A DNA stretch of 64,000 nt, taken from Parachlamydiales bacterium (lineage in GTDB: Bacteria > Chlamydiota > Chlamydiia > Chlamydiales > Parachlamydiaceae). Location of the stretch: NCBI GenBank assembly GCA_020051075.1, contig JAGVJP010000011.1, positions 1 through 64,000 of the forward strand. Direction: 5' to 3'. The position numbers and the translations under genes were made by a program. The notes beneath the pieces are model-generated. The model searched no databases, had not been told where the DNA came from, and saw only the letters and a list, made by a program, of their open reading frames with translations. Below are positions 20,490-31,254 of this stretch, in pieces; position 1 is the stretch's first letter, and every line of letters starts with the position of its first letter.

Positions 20490-21125
20490 GTGTCTATGAA
20501 ATCTATTTCTTTAAAAAAATTAAGCTTGTTCACCCTTTCTCTACTTACATTGTGCTGCATGGGTGCTGCAAATGAAGCTCAAGCTGGAGAACCTGCTACA
20601 GAGACTCCTAGTCTTAGATCGAAGTCATCTTCGGTTAATGGTTTCCAACGTACCGAAGCCATTGTCGAAAGCACAAATATTATCAACACATTCGTGCTGA
20701 GATTTCCAGCTGCCGTGCGTGCTCCAACTGGCTCTCAAGAACAAATAGATCTTGTGCGCAGGCTTCAAGAAACTCTAACTAAAAATTTCTCATTGACCTT
20801 CATTATTGGAGGCGTAACTTCTACTGCAACCGATTTTGACAGTTTACTTGCATTAGTCCAAAGCGAATCAACTGTCACCACCTTTGATACTGCCTTGAGC
20901 GGTAACCTCTCATTAGAACGCTTCTGCAAGAACCGCCTGGGACGTCGCACTGTTCAAATGCAAGGATTACACTATTCTGTTCAAACGCTTCTATCAGGCC
21001 AGTCCGTTTTCTTTCCAGCTTTGGACCAATGGACAGTTGTTGAAACAATGGATAGAGGATTTAAAATTAAAAAGCTCATCCTTAGAGTTCTCACAACCCC
21101 AATCCCATTCGGTACACCTATATAA
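20490..21125 (+). CDS. Hypothetical exported protein
   Basis: Signal peptide-like N-terminus; AAGGAG RBS. Confidence 0.7.
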   Translation: MSMKSISLKKLSLFTLSLLTLCCMGAANEAQAGEPATETPSLRSKSSSVNGFQRTEAIVESTNIINTFVLRFPAAVRAPTGSQEQIDLVRRLQETLTKNFSLTFIIGGVTSTATDFDSLLALVQSESTVTTFDTALSGNLSLERFCKNRLGRRTVQMQGLHYSVQTLLSGQSVFFPALDQWTVVETMDRGFKIKKLILRVLTTPIPFGTPI

Positions 21126-21163
21126 GTTACTGACAGGACTGATGTCATCGAAATTTAGATAGA

Positions 21164-21238
21164 AACACAGAGGCACAGAGAACACAGAGAGTAAACATGG
21201 TGAAATCCCGCTCTCCGTGCCCTCTGTGCCTCTGTGTT
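21164..21238. repeat. Family G element (ACACAGAGGCACAGAG inverted pair)
   Basis: Perfect 17-bp arms 21164-21180 / 21222-21238 plus further 9-bp units. Confidence 0.85.
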
Positions 21239-21283
21239 CCAACTATACTTTAGCAATTTGGAGATTTCCTATCCTTCCCATCC

Positions 21284-21486
21284 CATACGCAGGCTAACTC
21301 GCCTTTCGTGCCCGTGCCCCTGCCCCTGCCCGTGCCCGATAGCCCCTTTTCATGCCCGAATTTGTCGTGAACGATCGTGATATTCCAGAGTTTCTAAGGC
21401 AATTTCGGACTCTGGCTCGTTCTCGATAAGGGACAATCGGGCACGGGCATGGGCACGGGCACGAAAGGCGAGTTAGCCTGCGTATG
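21284..21486. repeat. Family F element (GTGCCC units)
   Basis: Perfect 36-bp arms 21284-21319 / 21451-21486. Confidence 0.9.
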
Positions 21487-21645
21487 CCTGTTCATCCTTT
21501 GCGCCTTTGGGTCTTCTTTGCGTTAAAAAAGGGGGAGCATCCTTGCCGCGAAGCGATCTTGCGAGGCTTTGAAAAAATCGATAGTAATATAACCATTATA
21601 TATGCTAAAGTTTCAAGCCATCTACACTTTGCCCATGAGGATGAT

Positions 21646-23262
21646 ATGAAAAAACTTAGCAGTCTCGCCATCGTTCTGATCACATTAGCGATTCTATATA
21701 CAGGACATTGGTTCTACAATGCGAATGGTCTCAAAACACTAGTGACCAACCATCTGAAAGAATATGAGAAAATAGGACCGGACGGCTATCAATTTAAGGT
21801 CGATGATGTCTCTGTCGGTGGCTTTCCTTTCAACTATGAAGTCAATTTTGTTAAACCCCGTTACGCTTTGGCGAAAGAATCTGTCCACTCCAGCAATGAA
21901 ACTGAGTTTTTTGTCGATGGGGCAATGAAGATAGGAACCGATATTTTGGGGAGACGCTATTGGGTGAAACAACAGGGTGACATCCATTATACGATTCCCG
22001 AAGGCAATGAAAATAAGGAATACCTTGTCAAAGGCAATATGGAATTCGAAGTCGATGCCACTCAGCCTCAACTCATGCAAGCCTTTCTTCACCCATTTCA
22101 TGGCCTTCCTCCTGCCCTTTATCAAGAAGAACCTTCCTTCCATGAGATCCTCCAAGAAATTCACCTGGTCAGCTATCGCGATCACAACTTCTCCCTCTTT
22201 GAAGTCACCGAAAACGGTAATAAACCCCTCCTCAGCTTTTCCAACGGATCGCTTATATGCAGCCATCGCCCGACTGCAAAAAACGATCAAAAATACGTTT
22301 TCTCTTTCAACATGAAAGACCTCGAAACCCCTGAGAATGGAAAATTTCTTATTCCCCATCTCCTCAAGCTCATGCAAATCAATCCAAGCGTTGTGATCGA
22401 TCATTATTCTATCTTCGGCTCAGGCAAAAATAACCTATCCATAGAATTCGAAACAATAGTGCCTCAAAATTTTGATTTTACAACTGAAATGGCTTACAAG
22501 AATGTTGAACTCAACCTTAAAAAGATGGAAATAGATAATCTTTATGGCAACTCTTCCATTCAGTCTCTCCTATCTATTGTAGACATCGAAAATGAACAAA
22601 AGAAACTCCATCTTGACTTCGATTACGAAACCCAAATGACGCAACTCGGGTTAGAAGCCACCCAAAGAGAGCTGGTTCACAGACTCAAATTAGATGCAGC
22701 GGCGGCGGCCAGTAAGAATGATCCTGATGAGGAAATCTATACCGCTCTCCTAGAGTGTTGCCAAAATGGACTTGGAATGATCCCAGACTTCACCAAGTTG
22801 GGCAAAATGAAAATAGTGGTCAATGTCGATGCCTTGCAAAATATCGGCACAGGCGACACCCTAAATCTAAAAGAGCTTTCTATCAAACATTGTGATATTA
22901 TCACAGAGCCTTATGCCATCAAATCGCACGGGGAAGTTAAATTTGTCCAGGATCTTCCGCACGGCAAGTATGAGATCGTTTGGGAGAACTACCAGAAGAT
23001 GCTCCACGACATCTTCGCCTACTATAACCGCATCTTCCCCGTCCTGAAAAAAATGATCGAGTTGAGAGAGTATCCTATCCCATTAGAGATGATTAAAGAA
23101 TCAGAAGAAGAAGGGCTTGTCTCTTTCTTTAGATTGATCTCTAACGACCCTGAAGGCTCTGGAGAGACCATCACCATCACAGTCGACTTCAATGACTTGA
23201 GCAACATCACGGTTGGGGGCACATCCCTTCAACAAGTGATAGAGGCGTCGCATAAGTTATAA
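21646..23262 (+). CDS. Hypothetical membrane-anchored periplasmic protein
   Basis: GAGGA RBS before ATG at 21646; N-terminal TM (YTGHWFY) followed by VGGFPF. Confidence 0.75.
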   Translation: MKKLSSLAIVLITLAILYTGHWFYNANGLKTLVTNHLKEYEKIGPDGYQFKVDDVSVGGFPFNYEVNFVKPRYALAKESVHSSNETEFFVDGAMKIGTDILGRRYWVKQQGDIHYTIPEGNENKEYLVKGNMEFEVDATQPQLMQAFLHPFHGLPPALYQEEPSFHEILQEIHLVSYRDHNFSLFEVTENGNKPLLSFSNGSLICSHRPTAKNDQKYVFSFNMKDLETPENGKFLIPHLLKLMQINPSVVIDHYSIFGSGKNNLSIEFETIVPQNFDFTTEMAYKNVELNLKKMEIDNLYGNSSIQSLLSIVDIENEQKKLHLDFDYETQMTQLGLEATQRELVHRLKLDAAAAASKNDPDEEIYTALLECCQNGLGMIPDFTKLGKMKIVVNVDALQNIGTGDTLNLKELSIKHCDIITEPYAIKSHGEVKFVQDLPHGKYEIVWENYQKMLHDIFAYYNRIFPVLKKMIELREYPIPLEMIKESEEEGLVSFFRLISNDPEGSGETITITVDFNDLSNITVGGTSLQQVIEASHKL

Positions 23263-23273
23263 CTCGTTTTGGG

Positions 23274-23500
23274 CTGACTTGAAAATGACAAAATGTCATT
23301 TTCAAGTCAGAAGCTTAAAATTTGAGTCAAGTCCTGTAAAATTATTCTTTTAAAATCCGCGAATTTACGAAGTACAACTCCATTCATCAAGAACTTCGCT
23401 TAGTTTTTCTGACTTGAAATCGATAAAATGTCATTCTCAAGTCAAAGTTTTTTCGATTTTTTTTGACTTGAAATCGATAAAATGTCATTCTCAAGTCAAA
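23274..23500. promoter_or_regulatory. Three 37-bp palindromic boxes TGACTTGA-N-TCAAGTCA
   Basis: Perfect palindrome 23274-23310; identical copies at 23410-23446 and 23464-23500, the last 19 nt before the ATG. Confidence 0.6.
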
Positions 23501-23519
23501 AATTTAAGTGGTTTGGTTG

Positions 23520-24926
23520 ATGTTTTTTGGAAGAGAAAAAGAGTTGGAGCAGCTCAGTGAGTTTAAAAACAGAAAAGTGGCTGGAATGATTGTCTGTTCA
23601 GGAAGAAGGCGAATTGGAAAAAGTACATTAATTGAACATTTTGGTGAAAATACCAAATTTTTAGAGTTTTATGGCTTAGCTCCGAGAGAAAAGCTCTCAA
23701 ACAAAGATCAATTGGATCACTTTGGCGAGCAAATGGGACTCAGATTTAACCTTCCTTCTATGAAATTCGATAACTGGAATCAAGCACTAGATACATTAGC
23801 TGGACTGACATCAAAAGGTTCTGTGATCATTTTTCTAGATGAAATCTCTTGGATGGCAGGAAAAGATAAAGATTTTGCAGCAAAATTAAAAGGCGTTTGG
23901 GACACTAAATTCAAGAAAAATAAACAGCTGCTTTTAGTCTTGTGCGGATCAGTTTCATCATGGATCCAAGATAATATTTTGAATGACAAGGGATTTGTTG
24001 GAAGAGTCTCTTTGATCATGAATCTAGATGAAATGCCCCTCCATGAAGCAAATAAATTCTGGGGAAAGAGGCTGATCTCCTCTCATGAAAAATTCAAAAT
24101 TTTGTGTGTGACCGGAGGCGTTCCAAGGTATTTAGAAGAGATCCAGCCCGAACGTTCCGCTGAACAGAATATCAAAAAAATGTGTTTCAGCAAAGGCGCT
24201 GTTTTAGTTGAAGAATTTGACAAAATTTTTGGAGATATTTTCGAAAAGAAAGCCCCAGAATTCACCAAAATCGTTAATGAGTTGACTGAAGGCAGCCTCG
24301 AGATGAGTGAACTTTGTCGAAGACTAGGCATTCAGCAGTCTGGAGGATTTTCCAAGAAAATGAATGTTCTTGTCCAATCAGGGTTTATCTCTAAGGATTA
24401 TGTATGGAATGTAAACAGTAAGCGTTTGAGAAATTTTAAGTTTCGTTTGAAAGACAATTATCTCCGTTTTTATTTAAAATACATCAAACCGAAAAAAGCA
24501 CTCATCGACCAGGGAATTTATCATGATCTCTACTTAGAAGACTTTCCCGGCTGGGAAACAATCATGGGGCTTCAGTTTGAAAATCTAGTGCTCAATAACT
24601 TAAGCTCAATTATTCAACGATTAAAAATACCCGCTTCTTCAATCATCAGTGCGTCTCCTTACTACCAGCACTCTACTCAAAAGATGCGCGGATGTCAGAT
24701 TGACCTGCTGATTCAGACTCGACACACCCTATACATTTGCGAAATTAAGTTCTGCAGAAAAATACCTGTCGATGTGATCGAGGAAGTCTCCAAGAAAATT
24801 CAAATCTTGAAAATACCAAAAACGATCTCGATACGCCCAGTCTTGATTTATGAAGGAGAACTTTCACCCAAAATTCAGCACGATGATTTTTTTAGCCACC
24901 TGATTGCTTTTGAAGACCTGTTGTAA
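23520..24926 (+). CDS. AAA ATPase + wHTH + PD-(D/E)xK nuclease (archaeal ATPase/DUF234-like)
   Basis: FFGREKEL, GRRRIGKS Walker A, FLDEISW Walker B, TGGVPRYL, QIDLL..ICEIKF. Confidence 0.9.
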   Translation: MFFGREKELEQLSEFKNRKVAGMIVCSGRRRIGKSTLIEHFGENTKFLEFYGLAPREKLSNKDQLDHFGEQMGLRFNLPSMKFDNWNQALDTLAGLTSKGSVIIFLDEISWMAGKDKDFAAKLKGVWDTKFKKNKQLLLVLCGSVSSWIQDNILNDKGFVGRVSLIMNLDEMPLHEANKFWGKRLISSHEKFKILCVTGGVPRYLEEIQPERSAEQNIKKMCFSKGAVLVEEFDKIFGDIFEKKAPEFTKIVNELTEGSLEMSELCRRLGIQQSGGFSKKMNVLVQSGFISKDYVWNVNSKRLRNFKFRLKDNYLRFYLKYIKPKKALIDQGIYHDLYLEDFPGWETIMGLQFENLVLNNLSSIIQRLKIPASSIISASPYYQHSTQKMRGCQIDLLIQTRHTLYICEIKFCRKIPVDVIEEVSKKIQILKIPKTISIRPVLIYEGELSPKIQHDDFFSHLIAFEDLL

Positions 24927-24979
24927 CGGACATCCCCCCTCCATTGAGCCCTGTAAGGGGGGCAATGTCAATTTCTGCA

Positions 24980-25240
24980 TCACCACATGGTCTCCTCATA
25001 ACTGACAACCTTACGAGGGGTTTCCGGATTATCTAGACGAGCACAAGTCACACTAATGCCTTGTAAGGTGATCGTGTGAGTTTTACCTATCTCGGCCAAA
25101 GTTTTATGAAATAATTCTTCCATTCCCTGAGCAGTTCTCATGCTCTTCATTTGTTCTAATTCTGCCTCCATGATTGGACGGCACTCTTCGATGAATGCTT
25201 GAACTTCTTGACTTTCAGGCGGAAGCTCAAGAATGCGCAT
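24980..25240 (-). CDS. Small hypothetical protein
   Basis: 86-aa ORF with AAGGAGAGG RBS. Confidence 0.6.
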   Translation of the reverse strand: MRILELPPESQEVQAFIEECRPIMEAELEQMKSMRTAQGMEELFHKTLAEIGKTHTITLQGISVTCARLDNPETPRKVVSYEETMW

Positions 25241-25421
25241 AAGTTCCTCTCCTTAAGTCGCTAGGAAATCTAGGGAATTTGAAATCTTCCTAATATTTAT
25301 ATCGACAATTTCGAAAGTTTCAAAAACGCTTCATTTTTCGAAATATAAATCATGATGCGGTATTGCACAAAAAAAGTCTACTTCTTAATTTTTAAGTTAT
25401 ATTACAAGCAGGCAATATAAG

Positions 25422-26483
25422 TTAGGACACGCCATTTTTTACAGATCTTCTCAGCTTGACATTCCCTAACTGGCCGCACGCAGCCATGATTTTCTGCCCT
25501 TTGGCTCCCCTCAAGAGAGTGTGATACCCTCTCTCGCGAAGTCGTTGCAAAAATGCTTCTTTTTGTGCGTCTTCCGGCGGAGCAAAGCGATCTCGCCGCT
25601 GAGGATTATAAGGGATCAGGTTGACTTTAACTCGTAGCCCTTCGAGATAGTCTGCCAGCTGATCAGCCTGATCAAGAGAGTCATTGACCCCTTGGATTAA
25701 CACATACTCAGCAAAAATCTCCCGTCTCGGATGAGAACAATAGGCTCGCATGGCTTCTTTCAATGCTTGCATATCCCAGGTACGATTAACCGGCATCAAC
25801 TTGTTTCGAACAACGTCTGACGGAGCGTTGACAGAGACAGCCAAATTCAGTGCCGGATCAGCCTCTTCGATGAAACGATAGATCTCCTCAACCTTTCCAC
25901 TTGTCGAAATCGTTATTCTACTCGGACCAAACCGCAGCCCAGATGCATCGGTTAAGACTCTAACCGCTTGCATCACAGCGTCGTAGTTGTCAAACGGCTC
26001 TCCCATCCCCATAAATACAATGTTGCGCACGGTCCGTTTCAAAAGGAAGCAAGCATAAAAAACCTGTGCAACAATCTCTTCAACAGTGAGGTTGCGGATC
26101 AACCCCATCCTCCCGGTCTCACAAAACGCACACCCCATTCGGCATCCCACCTGTGAGGAGATGCAGAGTGTGATCCCCGAATCCATTGGAATTAAGACCG
26201 ACTCGCTTTCTAAGCCATCAGAAAAACGGAGTAAGAATTTCACAGTTTCTCCTTCTTCCTGCTCTCCTGCTAATTCAGGTAAAACAAAGCTGGTGGCCTC
26301 GATGATCTCTTTAACAAGTTTGACAGCCTGCGGCTCAATCAAAACCCATAGTCCATCGAGATCTCCTCGGCGAAACCACTCAGCATACAGGAGCATCGCA
26401 TGATTCCTCCCCTTTCCGAGGAGGGAATACACCGCCTCAGCATAACTCTGTTGCGTCTGTTGAAAAATGGAAATCAGGGACAT
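25422..26483 (-). CDS. rlmN: 23S rRNA/tRNA m2A methyltransferase (radical SAM)
   Basis: CISSQVGCRMGCAFC, FMGMGEP, VNLIPYN, AACGQL. Confidence 0.92.
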   Translation of the reverse strand: MSLISIFQQTQQSYAEAVYSLLGKGRNHAMLLYAEWFRRGDLDGLWVLIEPQAVKLVKEIIEATSFVLPELAGEQEEGETVKFLLRFSDGLESESVLIPMDSGITLCISSQVGCRMGCAFCETGRMGLIRNLTVEEIVAQVFYACFLLKRTVRNIVFMGMGEPFDNYDAVMQAVRVLTDASGLRFGPSRITISTSGKVEEIYRFIEEADPALNLAVSVNAPSDVVRNKLMPVNRTWDMQALKEAMRAYCSHPRREIFAEYVLIQGVNDSLDQADQLADYLEGLRVKVNLIPYNPQRRDRFAPPEDAQKEAFLQRLRERGYHTLLRGAKGQKIMAACGQLGNVKLRRSVKNGVS

Positions 26484-26554
26484 AAAACCTTAAAAAGTTG
26501 CAAAAAACTCCTCAAGAATACCGTTTTAAACCGAAAAGATCAAGCGTAACCGGC

Positions 26555-26857
26555 AAGGGACAAAAGGGCCTAAGGGAAAGGGGACAAGGGACTTAAAACA
26601 GGATAAGCAAAAGGGACAGAACAGGATAGGCAGGATAGGCAGGATCGCTTCGCGGCAGGATAAGGAAAATGACAGGAAAATTTAGGCAAAAGTCTAACAA
26701 AAAAATAGAGAAAAATCTGTTTCATCTTAGCATCATTATCTATCCTGCCGCGAAGCGATCCTGCCTATCCTGTTTTAAGTCCTTTACGTCCCTTTTTAGG
26801 TCCCTTTGGTCTCTTAGGTCCTTGAGGTCCCTTGTCCCTTTCCCTTAGATCCCTTTT
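26555..26857. repeat. Nested element: family A arms inside family B (GGGAC) arms
   Basis: A arms 26621-26663 / 26741-26773; B arms about 26555-26597 / 26774-26857. Confidence 0.9.
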
Positions 26858-26944
26858 CCAGTCTATTAATAACAAAAACTTAAAAATAACTAAATATATC
26901 TTATTGTATAATTGGGAATAAAACTTAATTGTTTTTGGTTTTTT

Positions 26945-29900
26945 ATGAATGTGAATATATTTAATGATTACATAAAACTGAATCAGATTCTAAAAAAACT
27001 AGAGGATACTAAAGAACCATTAAATGAAAAAGCTCTAGATAAAGTCATTAACAATGTGATGGTAAATATTGTTCAATTGATCAATCATAACCAACCAGGT
27101 GTGATTTCCCAAACTGAGGGTCTAACCGAAGGAATCTCAGAAGTCCTTGTTAGATTAGCTCATCAATTAGAATTTTATAACAATCAAAATAGTTCAATCA
27201 ACGATTTAGTTCAGGATATTTTATCTGTTCGAACAACGCTTGAACATCCTCCTCCAGTGCAAGAAAAAAAAGTGAAATCGAACTAAAAATTGGATTTTTC
27301 TGCGATATTAACTCACCTGACCACAACGGCGCAATCGCATGGGAATTGGGGTTGTCGATAAAATATCGCAAACCATTCATCACGACCCGTTCGATGCTGC
27401 AAGGGACGAATATTTCGAACCTTGTACAGACAAACAAAGCAAGTGGAGCACCGGAAATCATCCCTCAAAAGCTAAGTGTAGCAACAGAGTTGGAACAGCT
27501 GCTGTTAAACAGCCACGAGGAGTGGGAGATTTTCCAACAGTTAGATCCTGAGCACGGAGAGGAGTTTCTTGTATTTCTACCAAAATCGTTGAAACCAGAA
27601 TACTCTGGCATGGAAAAGCTCCGAGCCCTTGATTTCGCGACTGATGGATCGCTAGGACAAACGACATTATCCAAAGCATTTGAGAGGCCGAAGAGAGGCG
27701 GAAATATTCAAGCCTTCTTCCGGCTATTTACCCCCACCCCTCAATTGGATAAGCTATTCTATACTGCAGGACATGGGAACGACTCTTCTGTTGCAGCGCT
27801 CAATCATCAAGACTACAAAGCATACCTCGATTTTTTAGAGCAGCAGCTTTGTAAGGGGTTAATCATCTCATCTTGCTATTCGGGAGGCGAAACGTCTTTA
27901 TTAGCGATGCCGAAAAAGAATGAAAAAGAGGTCGCCAGTTTCGATGACGATCCAAAAAATCATACATTCACCACTCTTGTACGATCCATAGGCGATTTCC
28001 CTACCCTCTCTTACCAGGAAGCAGAAGAAAATCTAGGGGAGTTTTACGATAATGTCTCTGCATTTTTAGAGAGCAGCACACCAAAAACTCTCGCACACTT
28101 CCGGCATGTTCTTGAAAAGGTCGAAAAAGAAAAAACTAAAGCTGATATTAACTTAGTCAAAATCTATTTCCCACATTCTAAAGGTACTTCTGGAGGGTTT
28201 CGTTCAGTCGGAGAACATGGAAAAGGATTTGCCTTGACTTATCACCTCTTAAAAAGAAGGGAACTTGAATCAAAGAAGATTCAAGGTTTAACAGAACCAA
28301 ACAAATTACAGGTGATTGAAGTAGAGAATAAGAGCCTTGTCGAAGTCCATCCACTTGTTACAGAACTCCCCCTTGTTTTCAAAGGCCCGCCTCCTGTCCT
28401 TCTCTCAATGATTCCAGGAGATGCCCATCATACCATCAAATCAATCGCTGTTGAAGAAGGTTCGTCGGAACAATTTATTAATAAAACAATTGATTTTCAC
28501 AAAAACAATTTCATCTCTGCTTCAAAAGGTTTTTTTGTTGGAAGCATCACTTCCACCGACCAACAATACCATGAAGTAGCTCTTTACATCTCTCCTGATA
28601 GGTGCCACTGTGTCTACCGTCAAGGTGATGCCTACTTCCTTTCTGATGGCACGACAACGCGATCGATTACCCCTTTTCAACATGCGTTAGCAGTCCGAGA
28701 AATTGCAGCAGCAACGACTCCTGATGAACAAGCCATTCGTTCATCCTCCGCAGGGCAAGAAAGTGAAAAAGACTTTCTAGAATCCCTTGATGGGGAAATA
28801 TTCTGGAGCGCTGCGCCCTATTCAGAGAGTGAACTAGAATACAGAAATTTAGCTTCTCAATTAGATCGGTTAATCTCAGAAGGAGAGATCACCGAAACAT
28901 ACAACGCATGGAATTTGACACAGGAAGATAAACAAAGCCTTGTGTTCTATTTACTATCCGAAGAATACTTGAAAGAGGCAATCGACATTTTCTTGAAAGA
29001 AAACATGGATCCAAACATGACAAATTTCAACGGAACCCCCATTCTAACCTTAGCCCTAACCTCTGACCATTCAGGCTTTTTCAATCATCTACTCATCAAT
29101 GGAGCTAATCCTAATGCAAAAGACCCTGCCAATAATGGGTTTTCCCTTCTCCACTATGCTGTCATGGAAAATAAAGAAGTTGAACTGCATTTGCTTCTCA
29201 ATCACCCTAACATTGACATCGACATCAGAGACAACGATGGGCGGCCTCCAGTCGTCTACGCAGCAGATCGTTTCGACGTGTTAAATTTACTTTGTGCAAG
29301 AAATGCCCCTCTTAATAGCATCATTGAGACACAAGAAGGTAAAATAGCGGAACAGAAAATAACCCCTCTCGGATTGATGGTAAGTCTTAGAGAAAACAAT
29401 TCCATCCGAAACTTGCTGAGACATAAAGCAGCTGACCCCAATGCAGGAACGCCATCTGCACTTGTTCTCGGCTTTTACAACAACGACGCTGAAATCATCA
29501 AACTGCTTCTTAAAGCAGGCGGAAAACCTTTTAGACAAACAGTCAATGGAGTTGTTCCCTTCAATGAAGCTCTGATGTGGAGCTCTCCAGAGATCGTAAA
29601 CCTGCTGCTAAAGAGATATGGTGTTCGTCTTGACATTGAAGACGGGAATGGGATCTCTCCACTTTTTGCAGCGTTATTTTCAGGGAATAAAAAAATCATT
29701 AAACAAATGATGAAACGGAAAGCTCCTATTCCACAAGTGATCAGCAAAAACAATCAAGAACTGCTGGAAATTTATATAAAAAGATGCCTGATTGCTGGTG
29801 AGCATGCTTCGATCAAACAACTTTTGAAATGGAATGATTCACAGTCAGAAGCCTTCAACTATGTTATTGGTAAATACCTGTTTGAGCAAGCGCCTGAACT

Positions 29901-30030
29901 TTTAGTTAAATATATGGGTTCAGGTTTAATCAATCCTATTGTAAAATCTCAGGATGGCACATCGCTGCTCGATGAAATTCTCAACCAAACTGAACCCCCC
30001 TCGCAAAAGGATGTAAATGAAGAAGATTAA
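26945..30030 (+). CDS. Large ankyrin-repeat protein split by a frameshift at an A8 run (27264-27271)
   Basis: The downstream frame is open from 27244 through the A8 run; ankyrin motifs GTPILTLA, GFSLLHYAV, GRPPVVYAA, GISPLFAA. Confidence 0.75.
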
Positions 30031-30229
30031 TCCCCAAAGTGATCTCCCTTCTCTAGAAAAGGGATGTTGGTATTGCGAAAGCAGCACCGGAGAACAGGTT
30101 TTTTCTAAGGAGTTCGATACATATCTACATCTCAAATGCTTGATTAACCAGTTGTCTGAGAATCCTGAAGATCCAGAAGCCCGGCTTTTGAAAGAAGAAT
30201 TAGAGGCTGTAATATTAGAATCCATTTGA
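30017..30229 (+). CDS. Small protein with possible Zn ligands
   Basis: CWYC..HLKC; AAGGA RBS; overlaps the ankyrin gene end. Confidence 0.55.
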   Translation: MKKINPQSDLPSLEKGCWYCESSTGEQVFSKEFDTYLHLKCLINQLSENPEDPEARLLKEELEAVILESI

Positions 30230-30647
30230 TTTTGCTCGAGATTTTTTAGGATTTTCGCTTCGCTGCCCCCGCCTACAACGCAGAGATCCGTTATAAGCCA
30301 TACTTGTATCCACATCTTTTTGCAAAACTCTTACCCCTCTTGCAGCCCTTCGAGGCTGCGATAGTTAACTTGTTCATACCCAGGGCGTTGCCCTTACCAT
30401 TACCCTGGGCTGTTGCAGTTTCAGTCCTTCGGATTGGTTGTGTTGCTATAGCCCGAAGGGCTCAAAATTGCAACAGCCCAGGGCAACGCCCTGGGTATGA
30501 ACAAGTTAACTATCGCAGCCTCGAAGGGCTGCAAGAGTGCAAAGGTTTTAGACTGATACGTATGGCAAAAAGATGTGGGTACAAGTATGGTTATAGGCGG
30601 GGGCAGCGAGGCGAAAAGACAAAAAAGCTCGACGAAAGCAAATTGGA
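30221..30647. repeat. Nested REPIN/MITE-like palindrome of about 420 bp
   Basis: Perfect 58-bp arms 30337-30394 / 30480-30537; near-perfect pairs 30298-30323 / 30565-30590 and 30252-30275 / 30594-30617. Confidence 0.92.
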
Positions 30648-30676
30648 TCTCTATTTTTTCACAGCCTCTTACTCAG

Positions 30677-31254
30677 TTAGGAGTAAGCGATGTCGTAAAG
30701 TTCTTTTTTACAATGTCGGCAAAGAAATAGATGAATTTCCGGATCATCTACTACAGACTCATCTGTTGGGATATTTTCTATTAATTGATCCCACATCCCT
30801 TCATCCCAGCCTAATTCTTGCAAAAGAAAGTTCTTTTGTTCTTCATTTAGGCCTTTCAAGTACTTTGCATCAGCCAATCCGTGATATTCGCACGCGTCCT
30901 CGCAATGGGCAGCCCAATTGCAATCTTGCCTGGACATGTAACTTGGTGTTCGATATTGCACTTCATCGATAATCGACTTAGCGACCTTGTCATTGTATAA
31001 GGCTAAGGGTGAACAAAAATCGGCGTCAAACTTGGCTGCCGCACTGCCATCTGCAATACACCATGGACAAAGAGCGTCATCTAGATCTTCAAGCGAATAA
31101 ACCGGGCCTGTATAGATGTATCCTCGCTTCGATTGCAGCAAGCACAACATTCATCGCTTTTCTTTATGCTGCCAGTTTTTAAAGGATCAGGGTGATAGAT
31201 AAATTGTGGGAAGGGAGGATTTTGGCTTAGATCTGTCTCTTGATCACGATTCAT
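30677..31254 (-). pseudogene. CbrC-family protein with a frameshift near 31129
   Basis: N-terminus FIYHPDPLKTG..CACC starts at ATG 31254 in a different frame from RGYIYTGPVY..LCPWCIADGSAAAKFD. Confidence 0.8.

Noticed and set aside
23274..23500. Mini-CRISPR from 37-bp palindromic repeats
   Set aside because: Gaps are about 99 and 17 nt, too irregular, and no cas genes are present
30304..30972. 222-aa plus-strand ORF
   Set aside because: Runs through a palindrome and antisense to the CbrC-like gene; no recognisable motif
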